Positions 38,399 to 51,725 of a stretch of 64,000 nucleotides of DNA are shown piece after piece (within the stretch, counting starts at the first letter, position 1; every line of letters begins with the position of its first letter). The notes beneath the pieces are model-generated. The model saw only the letters and a program-made list of their open reading frames with translations, did no database searches and had not been told where the DNA came from. The DNA comes from Podarcis filfolensis. Its lineage: Eukaryota. Where the stretch lies: the NCBI GenBank assembly GCA_964270895.1, contig OZ185442.1; one strand, given 5' to 3'. Made by a program: the position numbers and the translations under genes.

Positions 38399-38647
38399 TT
38401 GGAAACAAGGAAGCAGAAGGAAAAGATATGAGCCAGGCACATTGCAATTAGAAAGTGGAACATTGATAGAGTTCACTGCTGGCTCCATAACACGTACAGA
38501 GCTGCAAAAGTCCCCCACACATGTCATGTTGCCATTTGTTATCGTTAGGGCTTTATTGACTAAAATTCGGCAGAGGAGAATTGAGAGCAAGCTCTTTAAT
38601 AAGAAGCACGCTTTGGCTTCTAAGCTTGGCTGCACCCAATGTCAGGC

Positions 38648-38653
<6 letters not shown>

Positions 38654-38680
<27 letters not shown>
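38654..38680. repeat. (TC)n microsatellite
   Basis: Directly visible. Confidence 0.95.
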
Positions 38681-38683
<3 letters not shown>

Positions 38684-40840
38684 CACCTCCTCGTTTCCCC
38701 TCCCTCTGCCTCGAGTCGCTCCCTTGCCAATAGTAGAAATTAAAAAATTATACCAATTGCAATTATTATTTGCTAACAAGGCAGCTGAGGGCTGTCAGAG
38801 GCAAAACATTTGGAAAGGTAGGGAGAATCAACATTTGCTCATCTCCTTCCAGTTTTTCATTCAGAAGCATAGCGTGGTTCTCAGTACTCTTGTCTCTCTT
38901 TAAAAACAAAACAAAAAGGAAGTATTCAAATGCTTTTAAATAATTTTTGAAAATGCAACGTGTAAGTTAAAAGAGAGATAGGGTGAGCAAAGGTGCTCAT
39001 TCTATCATTTGATATTTGTTTAGTTACCTTAGTAACTAAATCACACTTCATATGCACTATGAATATAAATCATGCAATTAATTGGAAAGAATTTAAGAAA
39101 GCTGGTTTTCAGAAGTATGTTCGTAGGAAATCCTGTGGTTCCTTAGTAGCTTCAGGAGGTTCCTTAATGATAAGACCAGTAATAATGATTGAGCTTTCCT
39201 GAAAGACAGTTTGTTCACTGCTGCTGTTCGCTCTCTGGAATCTGAAGTCTTGGGGAATTGCTGGGTGTGCTTTAGATATAGGCCTGGCTCATTGCCTTCT
39301 ATGGATTGAGTGTGTGTGTATCCCTAGGCAATTGCCCCAAATCCTCTTGCAGCATGCAGGGATTCATTGGTAGATGCACAGGTGCTCTTGTCAGCCTAGA
39401 CAGGGTAATTGGAAAATCACTTATTTAAGAACTTCACAAGCAGGACCTGCAACAAAATGATGCAGTGCGAAGGGATCCTTTTCACGATATTCCTGTTGGT
39501 TTCTGTGTGTTGCCACTGTGCAGTGCTTGGAGTCACAGGACTCCGTTTACATTCCTGGGATTCCATACTGTTGGAAGTCTCACGGGAGATGGGAGACGGA
39601 TGTGACGTACTGGTTTCCTGTTCCTTTGTTTGTTTCAGTTGCTCTCTGCTTTCATAGAGAGAGGATGTATATTTCTTTGCTGTCTGCGTAGTAAGAAATA
39701 AAGCATAGCAATGTAGCCATAAATCTCATCACTTCCCTGTGCTGGAAACTCTGCTGAACGGGAATGGGCCTGAGGCCTCATCAAAGGCTCAGGTCGTTAA
39801 TTATCATCGGAGGACTCGGCCGGAGGAAAATGAGCTTTAACAGCTTGGCCGAGTGGAGATCCTGACAATTCCATCCATTCCCAGTCTGCATTTTGTGACT
39901 ACTGAGCCTGCTCATCCTCACTGGGCTCTTCCCCTTTTAGTCTTCCTTCCTGAATGTTTTCATTTTTTTTTTTAAAGGCTGTCCACAAACTGCGAGGGTT
40001 CTCTCGAGCATGCTGAGACCTTCCTTTTTGATATGGACATGGCTTTCTAGCTACATCAGGGCTGGCACTCAGAGAATGACACTGCTATTCATATATATTA
40101 GGCTGTGCATGCCCCCACTGTAAACCCAAAGGTCCCAATCTGGTGGTCCCCAAGCAGGTTGACCTATCCTGGGCTACACTGGGGACCACCAGCTCTCACC
40201 CTAGATCTGATATTGGATTACTTTTGAGTCAGGTCTAATGTTTAAATTTTCCTCACTGCCAACTGAGAGCAGCGAGGTGGGGGTCAATTCTGCAAGGTGC
40301 TCCTTTGCAAGTGGCTTCTATGCAAAGGAGAACCCACATCATGCAGGAGTGTTGCCTCCATTGGTGGAGCCATTGGTCCTGCATGGTGTTGCTTCCAGGA
40401 CAGGCCTCAAGAAGGAAGGCAAGTCAGGCAGTGGGCTCCTATAATAATGATGACAACGACAACAATGACAATGACAACAATTTTATCATTTGTACCCGGC
40501 CCATCTGACTGGGTTGCCCCAGCCACTCTATCTTCTCCCATGAAGATGAAGCTGGCAGTCGGGGTAGGTCTTGGCCTTTTCATAGGGCTTCCTGTCTGAT
40601 GCCTTGCCTTCTTATAGCCATGGCTTGCTCTAGGCTATCCAACCTATAGTGATCCATGGCTGCCTGTACCCAACTTTTCTGATGACCAAGTCTCTCTGCA
40701 TATGCTCTGCTTGGCTTGAGCCTTCGACAATTCTGGTACACAGCCCTTGTTCTTAAAGCTCTAGGAAAACAAAAATCTGCCAATGACAATTGCAGGTCCC
40801 CCCGCCCCTTTAGACACATAATGAGATCCATTCCTTCAGC

Positions 40841-41115
40841 TGTTGTTGTTGTTGTTGTTTAGTCATTTAGTCGTGTCTGACTCTTCGTGATCCCATGGAC
40901 CAGAGCACGCCAGGCACTCCTATCTTCCACTGCCTCCTGCAGTTTGGTCAGACTCATGTTTGTAGCTTCGAGAACGATGGTTATCTTGTCCTCTGTCATC
41001 CCCTTCTTCTTGTGCCCTCAATCTTTCCCAACATCAGGGTCTTTTCCAGGGAGTCTTCTCTTCTCATGAGGTGGCCAAAGTATTCGAACCTCAGCTTCAC
41101 GATCTGTCCTTCCAG
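40841..41115 (-). mobile_element. BovB (RTE clade) LINE 3' fragment with (CAA)n tail
   Basis: The minus strand encodes LEGQIVKLRFEYFGHLMRREDSLEKTLMLGKIEGTRRRG (BovB ORF C-terminus), followed by ...cgaagagtcagacacgactaaatgactaaacaacaac. Confidence 0.9.
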
Positions 41116-41340
41116 TTTTGACAACAGTCAGCGTTTACTCACCTGCTCAGGGCCTTGTCGAGCTACATATTCATCAGCTGTGAAGAATCTCCAGTCCAAC
41201 CCTCTGATAAATTTCACTAGTCTTGTTGAAACTCAGTTTTGCTTGAGGAAGAAGCCCTCAATTCATCTGCCTGTCTATGTGGCATGCACGCATGCTTTCA
41301 GTTAAATTTGGTGGCAGGCTCTATTTCTAGTTTGCAGTAG

Positions 41341-41480
41341 AACCAGTATGGTGTGGTGGTTAGACTACGATTTGGAGGACGGGTTCAAATCTCCACAAAG
41401 CCATTAAGCTCACTGGATAACCTTGGGCCAATCACCACATCTCAGCCTAACCTACCTCACAGGGTTGCTGTGAGGAATTT
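41341..41480 (+). mobile_element. old tRNA-derived SINE (Squam3/MIR-like), 5' part
   Basis: ccagtatggtgtggtggttaga...gggttcaaatc...ccttgggccaatca..ctcagcctaacctacctcacagggttg. Confidence 0.65.
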
Positions 41481-42409
41481 GGAAAAAAAAAATCAGTTGA
41501 TCAAACAAACAAACAGCACTGACCTGGGCTGGACTCCTGGAAACTTTCTAAGGGTTTTTGTTGTTTTTTTCGGGGAAGGGGGTGCACCAGCCAGATACAT
41601 GCATCATTCATCTTCCTTCAATACACATACCTTGATTCTGGCCTATTTTTTCCCCAAAATACAATGGTAATTTCATCCTTCTTGACGCTAATAGAGGTGT
41701 GGCCTCCTGTTGCCAATCTCTGTATTAACTCAATGGCATTTATGATGCCTTTGGCACCTCAAACATTATCCTTCAGTTCTGTGTCAGACCATTGCTCCTG
41801 CATACAATGGGAGGCAGGAGGGCATCAATCAAGATTTAGTATTATTTCAGAGCCTGACAGCTGTTATAACTTCTGCTGGGCTGAAAATGCCAACAAGAGA
41901 AACCTCATAGTTACTGGGGAGGTTAATAAACTCTTCAAAGTGCTCCTGAGTCAGGAAAGTGTCTGCCTGATAGCCACCATTATCTTAACTCACAGATAAC
42001 CCCTATCTGTTCGGTTCCTTCCTTTGCCTATCATGTCTTATGAGATAGCGAAGATACTGCCAACTCTTTTACAACTGCACATATTTTGCCCGACTGTTCA
42101 ACGAAGCCTGGATAGAGCATGACTTTTACTTGGGCAGGGAGAAAGGTGAAAAACACAGTTTCCTTTGCTGAAACATGCACAGGCTAAGATGCCCTCCTTA
42201 CACATGACTCCTGCAATATGGATGTAAAGGGAGTGGAGCTCCATGCATTTAGCCTTAGCCCCACCCCAAGGTCTCACAGCTCCTCCCACCCCCTTGTGTG
42301 TTGAGGGATAGTTTGTGAAGTGGGCAACCCTTTTCATTCAGCATTCTCAATAGTCTGGGGAGCTACATGGTTATAAAATTCTTCCTTCTTTCTCTCTCCT
42401 GCTGCTGAG

Positions 42410-42844
42410 ACATCTTTTAAGGCCACTGGGAGCTGTCCAGAGTTCTGGTCTGCCTAGAGTTACCATCAAAATAACTGCAAAATAAACGGCCTCGGCCCAG
42501 TATACTTGAAGGAGCATCTCCACCCCTGTTGTTCTGCCCGGCCACTGAGGTCCAGCTCCGAGAGGGCCTTCTGGTAGTTCCCTCACTGTGAGAAGTGAAG
42601 TTACAGGGAACCAGGCAGAGGGCCTTCTCGGTAGTGGCGCCCACCCTGTGGAATGCCCTCCCATCAGATGTCAAGAAATAAACAACTATCTGACTTTTAG
42701 AAGATATCTGAAGGCAGCCCTGTTTAGGGAAGTTTTTAATGTCTGAAGTTTTATTCTGTTTTTAATGTTCTGTTGAAAGCCTCCCAGAGTGGCTGGGGAA
42801 ACACAGACAGATGGGCGGGGTAGAAATAATAAATTATTATTATT
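42410..42844 (+). mobile_element. L2 LINE 3' end with (TAT)n tail
   Basis: Encodes GTRQRAFSVVAPTLWNALPSDV...TFRRYLKAALF, then cccagagtggctggggaaac...gatgggcgggg and the tail. Confidence 0.88.
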
Positions 42845-43085
42845 AAGAAGAGAAGAAGAAGAGTTTGGATTTGATATCCTGCTTTATCACTACCCGAAGG
42901 AGTTTCAAAGTGGCTAACATTCTCCTTTTCCTTCCTCCCCCACAACAAACACACTGTGAGGTGAGTGGGGCTGAGAGACTTCAAAGAAGTGTGAGTAGCC
43001 CAAGGTCTGCATGTGGAGGAGCAGGGAATCAAACCCGGTTCACCAGATTATAAGTCCACTGCTCTCAACCACTACACCACACTGG
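42845..43085 (-). mobile_element. Squam3-like SINE with (CTT)n tail
   Basis: Minus-strand head ccagtgtggtgtagtggttgagagcagtggact..gaaccgggtt; tail atatcaaatccaaactcttcttcttc. Nearly identical to 54097-54343. Confidence 0.88.
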
Positions 43086-44889
43086 TGTAGTAGTATCATT
43101 GTGCATAGCTTGACTTTGGAGGAACCATCTGACTTCAGGGACAGGACTAAATGTGTGGCTCTACAGTTCCTTTGTACCTGTATTTGTTTCTTTATGCGAC
43201 TCCATAGAAAGAGAACTATGGATGTTGCATATTCTCATTTCACTAACCAATACACCAATTGGGCCATGGGTTATGATGATGTGATGTTGTAATAGGGACA
43301 GCAAATTGAAACAGTTGAGAGGGAATGCTGCACCTGCTTTCAAAGGGCAACAGGTACCCCAGAGGCACCTACCAATTGCACAAGCTTGCCATATGTACTA
43401 GTGAATCAAGTGCTTTCATGTCTTACTGGTCAGTTAGCTTTAACTGGCAAAGCCACAGCTGAAACCCCTTGCCCTTGTTTCATTTGAAGTTTGGAATCAG
43501 AAGCTTTTCAAAAGAGTACTTCCTTGTTGACATAACCTTTCTGTGACAAAATATGCCTCCAGATTTCCTGTATTTTGTGGAAGGATTGAAGTACATACCA
43601 GAACTTTAAGTTTGCACATTTAAAGTGAATTAGAGGATGCTGTCACCCTAACACAACAGATCCATTTTAAAAACAAATACTTTTGTGGTTTGAAAGTGAT
43701 GGAGAAATGCATTGAAAAGTGTGGGATGAATGAATGATTAATTGGATGATACCCTGGAAGGATGAATGTTCATTGTCATATAAGTGTCCTGCAAAGAAAT
43801 GAGAATGAGTGCTCAAAAAAGACTGATGTGCAAGAAAATCAGTATGAATCTTGAATAAATCGGTCATCTGGAGGGGCCCTAATTGTTCCACATGAGATAC
43901 TTGCTTTCACTTCCCCTTTGATTCTGAAAGCCTAGTAAAACTCCCTCCTCCCCAGTTCCTCATTATAAAATGAAGTATCAGATTTATTGTCCCACTGCAA
44001 TGAATTAAAAGTTTAGGGAGTGGGTGCTGAATTTCAACGGGTCTCCTTAGGAAGGGGAAGAGAGACTTGTGAAGCTTCTTCAAATAAAAAGGTACATCCT
44101 ATGACATTTGGAAAGCAAGTCTCCTTTTGAATGCAGATGTATAAGTCTAATAAGAAAGCTTCTGATGCAAGGTGACTATTGATTATTTAATGGTTTGATA
44201 AATACCACAGATAGGCAGAGTAATTACTCATTTATGCTGGTTTCTCAGCCTATGCATGTAAGAGATGAGGAAAGTGCCTCAGCAAGATTCATTTCTCTGC
44301 AACTAGTTGTTCGCTCTGACAGTGACTACTTGCATATTGTGACTCCATGCCTCTTAGAGGTGCTGGGTGTCAGTATTTTCACTTCCAGTAGCACCATAGA
44401 GACCAACTAAGTTTGTTATTGGTATGAGCTTTCGTGGGCATACACATACCAATAACAAACTTAGTTGGTCTCTAAGGTGCTACTGGAAGGAATTTTTTTA
44501 TTTTGTTTCGACTTTGGCAGACCAACATGGCTACCCACCTGTAACTAGTATTTTCACTGCTACTATTGCAGAGGGTCACATGATTGAATGTTTCCACTTC
44601 TTATCACTCTGTGTATAAGCGGAAGTTAGGCTGATGAATGTCCACTCTTTGTTCTCTCTCTCCAGACAGAGAAGATGTGTGAGAAGGAGCTCACACCGCA
44701 CACCATGTTGTTTTTGTTTTCTTTGCTGTAAATAATAAATGTTTGGTGCCACAATTCCTGCACAATCTTGCTTCTGCTGACTCTGTTGGTGTCTCATAGC
44801 ATGCACGTGTCTTTCGGATGTGTGTCAATGTTTACTACAGGACTCTGGCAAGTAAGTCATCCTGTTACTGGATGTTTGTCTCACACATC

Positions 44890-45560
44890 TCCAGCAAATT
44901 AGTGAAGATGTATAAAAAAGGGGTCTAATTTATGCTGGAAGTGTCACAAGGTGGAGGGAACCCTGATCCATATGTGGTGGTCGTGTAAATATGCTAGAGA
45001 GTATTGGGAAATGATCCACACAGAATTAAAAAAAGATTCCAAAATTCACATTTCCCAAAAGACCAGAGGCCTTTCTATTAGGGATAATAAATGATGACAT
45101 ACCAAAAAAAGCAATATATTTCTGTATGTATCCACTGCAGCTAGAATAGTATATGCAAAAACAAAAAACAAAAAAGGGAAAGAAGAAGAGATACCCATGA
45201 AGGAAATTTGGCAGAACAAATTGATAGAATACATAGAATTAGTAACCATGACCGTGAAGCTAAGGAATAAGGATGAGTTAAAGATAAGAGAAGAGTGGAG
45301 GTGTTTTGGAGATTATCTTAGAGGGTATAATATACAATTGAACCTACAAGTAGGAGTTAACATATGAGCAGCAGATAACATCAAAAAGGAAGACTTGGCA
45401 TGATAATGGGTGAAATATCAGGATATGCAACAGATCAAGATTTCCCTAGAATGCCACAGAGAGATCGACTGGGAAGTCTTAGGAAAAGAGATAAGTGATA
45501 GATACTGTACAATGTGTGTATAAAGGCTGTTAAAAGTGCATAAATAAAAGTTTTTAAAAA
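44890..45560 (+). mobile_element. L1-clade LINE 3' end (ORF2 CCHC knuckle and C-terminus, 3' UTR, polyA signal)
   Basis: Encodes LCWKCHKVEGTLIHMWWSCK..YWEMIH and FLYVSTAARIVYAK...EEIPMKEIWQNKLIEY. Ends aataaaagtttttaaaaaa. Confidence 0.85.
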
Positions 45561-46838
45561 AGGAATGAATGATCTGTTTTGGGGAAAGTTATTGCCTGTG
45601 ACCTACTGCCAATGGCTTGACGTATCAATAAATTAAGTGACATATTTAAAATAATAATAATAATAATTTGGCTCATACATCTAAAGAGAAAATCTCACAT
45701 ATCACAGCACCTCCTGTGAAGCCTTTTCCTTGGCCAGCTCAACTGCTAGCCTTTGTTATATGCTGCCATAACTCTACCCCCACAAAAGAAATCAAGAAAT
45801 TGTAAAACTTCATTTGGGTCGTAGTTCTTCCCATTAGACTTAATTAGGTTGAATCTGGCCTCTGGGTGTGTGTAAATTGAAGACCAATTGCCCTCCCCCC
45901 AATTGCCTCCAATAAAGGAATATTTAACCATGTGAACCCCTGTCTGCAGTATGATACGGTAAGAGCCCCAAGCACCTCTGTGACAGTAAGAGCTGAGTCT
46001 TGGCATATTTAGATCAAAATATTTTTTTACTATTGTCTTGAGCCACCAGTTGCAGCCCAGGGCCATGAGATCATTTGCAAAACAGTGATAAATCTTCCAA
46101 CTCCCTCTCCCTCTCTCTTTTTATTTTCTATAACACAATTTCCTATCAATAAACCCAATTTATGATGTTGTAGTGATGATCGTGGAGGAGCAAGGCTTTC
46201 TGCAAGTTTGAGACTACTCCAGTTGTTGGACTCAAGGGAGATCCTTTATGATCTTTTGCAGAAGACAAAAAAGAATGGAACACTAATTTGCAAACAATCT
46301 GTCATAGTAATACAAGTTAAATTAAGACAGTAAAATTCAGCTGAGTGGGCTACCACCCAATGGGTGAACTGTGGAGCTCATAAATGCCTTGCATCTAAAG
46401 CTCCTGCATCGTCAAACAAAAGTTGAAATTGAAAGTGTTTTACAAGGACAGCATCCTGAGCCCAGTAGGGTAGTTTGGGATGGCAAAAAGAAATATGTGG
46501 CAAATACCCATTAAAAGAATGATTTGTTCACTTAGAAGTAGGTGGTCTGTTGGCTCTGCAGGAAACCTAAGGAATTTTACATGCTGGCAGCTGGTGTACA
46601 ATCTTGTACGAATTATTCTTAAGGAAGGGGATTATTAACTTGGAGATAAAAAGTAATAAGGAATGTGAGAGCCTTGACTAAGCTCTGAGTAGAAAGAGAG
46701 GCAATGATAGACCAAAATCCTGTGGAAAAAAGCAGTGTGCTGGGAAGCCATGTGCATCAGGAAATATGCTTGTTCACATGTTACGCTGCAGACAAAGGTA
46801 CAAGCTGTTTCTAAACACGTGCAAGTGCTTGTTTGAAT

Positions 46839-47049
46839 TAGGGTTGCTATATTTCAAAAAGTGAAAATCCAGATGCAAAAGTTGTTTAGCTTTTTTTTTT
46901 TTTTGGCAGTGTTGTTGAGCATTGGAGAGGTGGGGGTGGAGTTATTGAGCAAATTGGCAAAAACGATGCTGCCGACATGGGTTGCCAGGCATTCTTCCAA
47001 CTGCAGTATTCCAGGTATGTCCAGGAATTCTGGATGCATGGCAACCCTA
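46839..47049. mobile_element. MITE with TAGGGTTGC(C/T)AT...ATGGCAACCCTA TIR
   Basis: 12-bp TIR with one mismatch and TA ends. Confidence 0.7.
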
Positions 47050-47430
47050 GTCAGAATGGGTGTACATATGTTGATTTGTACAGTTCAGCCACAGTGTACA
47101 CTCATCCTTACCTTGCTTTTTGGCAGCAATCAGTTGCATTACAGACTTCCTAATTGGGAATGGTTGATCAGGAACTTGGCAATTGCAGTAAGGGATGATC
47201 AGGCTCCCTACTGTTCCTATGCAGCCAGGTTTTTATCGGCTCTACACTTGGCAACACATATGATGCCAAGTGTGAGACAGGTGAGTGTGGTTTGTGGGAA
47301 ATGACCTTACAGGCCAAATTAGGACCCTGGCCAAACCTGCATTCAAAGAAGGGGCTTGTGATGTTCACAACAGCATCGTTCCTTTTGCCTACGCTTCCTA
47401 GAAGGGCTTCAGCTCCAGAGCTACTCCATG

Positions 47431-47852
47431 AATCATGGTTGGATAGCGCCAAGTGAGCTAGGTGCTCCATCGACCGCTGAGACCAGACTGAGTCTTTGTA
47501 AGCCTACACATGCAGACTACCTCTTTCAGGCTCTGCCTCCTTGTGGATTCTTAAAGGACCAATCCTCTGGCCTGAAGAAGTACACTCCTCCTCAGTTCTG
47601 TAGACCCCTTCCTGGTGCACTCTGTATGCTACTAGACAATGAGGTCCTGTGGGAGGCATTTGGCTCCTCAGGCCCAGGGGAAGTTGTCCATGAGGGTCCA
47701 GGTTCTTCTCGTGGCTCATGTCCATCAGCTTCAGGCTCATTGGTCTCCTGATCTCTAGCAGCAGACTGGGGTCCTGCACCTGGTCTGGCTCCTTAGCTGA
47801 GACTCTGCAGCCTCTGAGTCTCTACTGCTTCTGGACTCTTGGGACCATGACA
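47431..47852 (-). mobile_element. solo-LTR-like element (TCATGGT...ACCATGACA termini)
   Basis: Inverted termini (aa)tcatggtt / accatgaca. The minus strand starts TGTCATGG, like 2542-3093. No TSD seen. Confidence 0.45.
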
Positions 47853-50085
47853 GGAGCTGGTGTAGAGGAGCTCACACTGTTATGAGCAGTATGTTTCTTT
47901 TCAAGGTTTTTTAAAAAATTAAGCAGCCCTCAGCCACCTCATGTGTTCAAGTTAAGTGGCTCACCCTGCTCCTCTCTGAGGGAGAACAGCCCGGGGGGGG
48001 GGGCAGCTGGAAAATACCTGGTCTATGAGGTACACTACAGGATGAAATGAGTGAGGAAGGGAGAACAGAAAGCTAATAAAATCCCACAAAAAATAAAGAG
48101 GAGAGAATTTACATATGGGCTATGTGATAAATACCAAAACTCATGACTCAGTATAACTAACATCTGGATGCACCTTTCAAGAATTTGAGAAATGATAGGC
48201 TATTATGATGCTTTTATGAGCATCTTTTTTTCAATTTTGCAAGCACCAGTCCCAATGAATGTGGGGAATGAGGTGTTCCTGCTTGTGAGTAGATCGTAAG
48301 TGAGAGGTATGTGGTCATTAACACTGATCCCAGAGGTTGCCATGAAACCAGGGAATGATATAAATTGTTTTCTCTTTGTTCTTAATCTTTGAAGTAAAAA
48401 AAAAAAGTTGTTTTATTAAAATTGGAAGGTAGGCAGACTTCTCTTCACTGGGGAGTTTTCTATCTCATTGTCTGATTCTCAATTTTTTTTCTTTTGCTTT
48501 ACTGCTATTAAAGGAAGTGGTTCAAATTAATTTAGAAAACTGAACTTTGGGAGTCTATTTAGAGGCTCTGCAATACAGTCTCAGAGGCCATGTTTTCATT
48601 TTTAATATAAACAGAATTCCGAATTTCTGTAGTTGTGGAGCTTGTAAGAAGCTTGGTATAAATGTAAAAAAATATGAACAAGTAATGGGTTGGATCCAGA
48701 TTAGCAGTGCAATTCAAATTTTCTATATGCTGGCCTGGTGGAAGATTGGGTGCAGACACCCCCTGCAGCTCTCACAATCTCCACTGGCCTCTGCGCATAG
48801 AGTGACATCCGCATTACTCTGCTAATGTGGAGCAGGCAGAAGTGTTGCTGGTGAGATCCCTGCCAGCAGGAACCTCTTCTTGTGCTGCTTACGCATAATA
48901 GCACAGAAACTATAACTATAGCCATGGGAAAATTAAATAGCATCCAGCAAAACAACAACAACCCATTGAGAAATTCTTTAACTGAGCTGATATTCTTAGC
49001 AAAATTCTAGATACTTCTCAGTTGTCTCATATTTTCAGTATTATGCGCCACCAACTGTGTACTTTGCAGAAGGCAGCCCTGTGGCCATTTGTATTTTTAT
49101 TTTTATTTTTTACTCAGAGGATGAGTTTCTTGGAGTACCTCTGTCTCCCTAGCCTTGCAGAAGTCAAAGACTGCAAAACCAGGTGGGGACTCAACAGCAG
49201 AGATAATTTTTTTAATTGACATATTTCATAAAATGTATATACTGTTTCCTTGTAGAAAAAACATCAAAGAGGCAGAACAGAGCCAGAATGGCTCTCACCT
49301 CTCAGTTTCCCATGTCTTTGTCTACTTCTCTTCTGAAGCCATCCAAGTTGGTGGCCATCCCAACATCTTGTGGAAGAGAAGGTTGGGCAGCTCAGCCAAC
49401 ATGCAACTTTATCTTCAGTGCTACCCATATAATCCACCTCCCAGCTGGAATACAATGTTGAGCTCTGTGAATAGCTCTACCTATTTTCCCTTGTTGACCC
49501 TTGCAGGGATGGATTGTCTTGCATTGTATCCAACAGCCAAGCTCTGTTTCCATTCCAACAATTTAGCAGCTCAAGTATATCGAAAAACAAAATAAAACAC
49601 CACAACAAAAGAAGGGGCCAGGAAAAAGTAGGATTTGTGGCCGTGACTGTACAAAGTTATCAAATGCAATTAAATTTTCCAGTGATTATGGCAAATATCT
49701 CCCACCCAATTTCCCCCTCCTTCTATGAAGCTGATCATAGCACCGTGTGAAATATTTATGCTGAATTCATTTAGAAGGCTGCCATGTTCAGCCACAGAGC
49801 TGTTCAAAAAGCATTTGGATCCTGCAGTAGGGATAGCATCATGCAGTAAGAGGCATTGCTCTAGTTTCTCTCCCACCACCTCTGTGGGCTCCATGCGGTG
49901 ATAAACCTGCCATTCAGAAACAACGGTGGAAAACATTGCTTAATGAGACAACATCCTATGTATGCAAATTGCTAACCTCTTTTCAAAGTGGCATGCAGAC
50001 CCTTTTTCAGCCCAAGGAAAACCTTCCAAGAACTACATGCCACTGGGGGCAGAGCAACATGTATAATACCTTTCTGCATTGGTTA

Positions 50086-50454
50086 AAAGGTAAAGGTAAA
50101 GGACCCCTGACAGTTAAGTCCAGTCGCAGACGACTCTGGGGTTGCGGCGCTCATCTCGCTTTACAGGCCAAGGGAACCGGCGTTTGTCTGCAGACAGTTT
50201 TTCCAGGTCATGTGGCCAGCATGACTCAGCTGTTTCTGGTGAAACCAGAACAGTGGTAGGAAACACCATTTACCTTCCCACTGTAGCGGTACCTATTTAT
50301 CTACTTGCACTGGCATGCTTTCGAACTGCTAGGTTGACAGGAGCTGGGACCGAGCAACGGGAGCTCACCCCATCACAGGGATTCAAACCACCGACCTTCT
50401 GATCGGCAAGCACAAGAGGCTCAGTGGTTTAGACCACAGCGCCAACCGCGTCCC
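50086..50454 (-). mobile_element. Sauria SINE (Squam1-type), full length, longer variant
   Basis: (AAAGGT)n tail on the plus strand and a head ending gcgtccc. 15-bp TSD tttctgcat(t/c)ggtta at 50071-50085 and 50458-50472. Confidence 0.95.
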
Positions 50455-51725
50455 TTTTTTCTGCATCGGTTACATTCAGCTAAAGGTTTCTCTAAGAACA
50501 CCCTACACAAATCTGAAGTGGAGTCCCTAAGGCAGTTGGCTGGTGCCTTGTATGCCTCCTTCTGGCAACTGTTGCAGCCAAGCTGGTGCCAATTGTTTTG
50601 CTTTGCTTTCCTTTGGACCACATCAGAGAAGCTGAGAGGGGGGTCTTGTTGTCTGAGCAGCTCGGGACCTACAGACACATTGCCCAGGCTTGTGCCAGTG
50701 GTGGACCTTGGGGTCTGTGTGACACCAGAATTCAGCGCCCCCTGCCACTTGTCTTCCTTTTTAATCTCGTAGTTGCGGAGCTCTCTGTGGCGCCCCCCAG
50801 GCTCCACACCCAGTGTGACCAAACCAATCACGCTCCTCTCAGTCTGCCTCTGTTTGTGCCCCCTTTTCTTCTCCTGATTTCTCCCCCCTCTGGTGTTGCC
50901 ACTGGTTCAGGTTCCACTTGTCATTGGCTCTCGCTCCACCCACTGTTGTCTTCCCTGCCTTCTGCCCTTCTGTCCCAAGAAGACACCAGCCATTATTCCT
51001 AAGCATGGCGAGAGCATTGGTTACATCACTTCCTCTAACAATACTCACCCAGGGGGTTGTGAGGGAGAAAACACCATTTTCTGCTGCTCTCTGAAGTCCT
51101 TAGAGGAAGCATGGGATGCCAATGAGATAAATCAATAAATCCACTGGGAACAATATAAGCATTCCTGGAATTTGCCACCACTCTCCACTCCAAGAAATAC
51201 TGCAGCCTTTTTCTTCTTCTTTTCCTTTGGATGCTGCCCAGGCTGCTTCAATGATAAATATGCCACGCTACTGATTTTAATAATTAAAAAGGCACTTTAT
51301 AAAAATGGTCCTCTCAGCCTCTGCTGTAGGGCAGACGACGGCATCTGTTATAGCCTCTCCTGATCCTAAAGCTGGAATGTGGAGGTCTTGTTTTTATATT
51401 GGAAGCAAACAGATGTCTCTCAAACAGCCTTCTTGTTCATCACAAGTGTAGTTATTTTCTCTTTTAAGATGTGGCATCTGGATCATTTAGATGCATCCCT
51501 TTTTATTTAAGAAGTGTTGTGAAGGCCAGAATGATGAGGGAAAGGTTGGTCTGAGGGAACAGCTGCCTCCCACCCCTGCCGACACAGTTTGGCACACAAG
51601 GCAAAATGCCCTGCCATCGTGGCAAGATTGGTGGGAGAGGGGAGGGGAGGCTCTGCAAGGAAAAGCCCTTCAAACCTATATAAAAACACTATAGAACATT
51701 AAACATTTTTTTAAAAACTTCCCTA

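Noticed and set aside
38150-38903. Overlapping 161-aa (-) and 183-aa (+) ORFs
   Set aside because: Both span microsatellites (HTHT, CVCV, LSLS) and an L2 fragment. No known domain.
44647-44730. Strong acceptor ctttgttctctctctccag at 44665
   Set aside because: The first frame stops quickly and there is no convincing donor. It is probably a pyrimidine-rich chance site.
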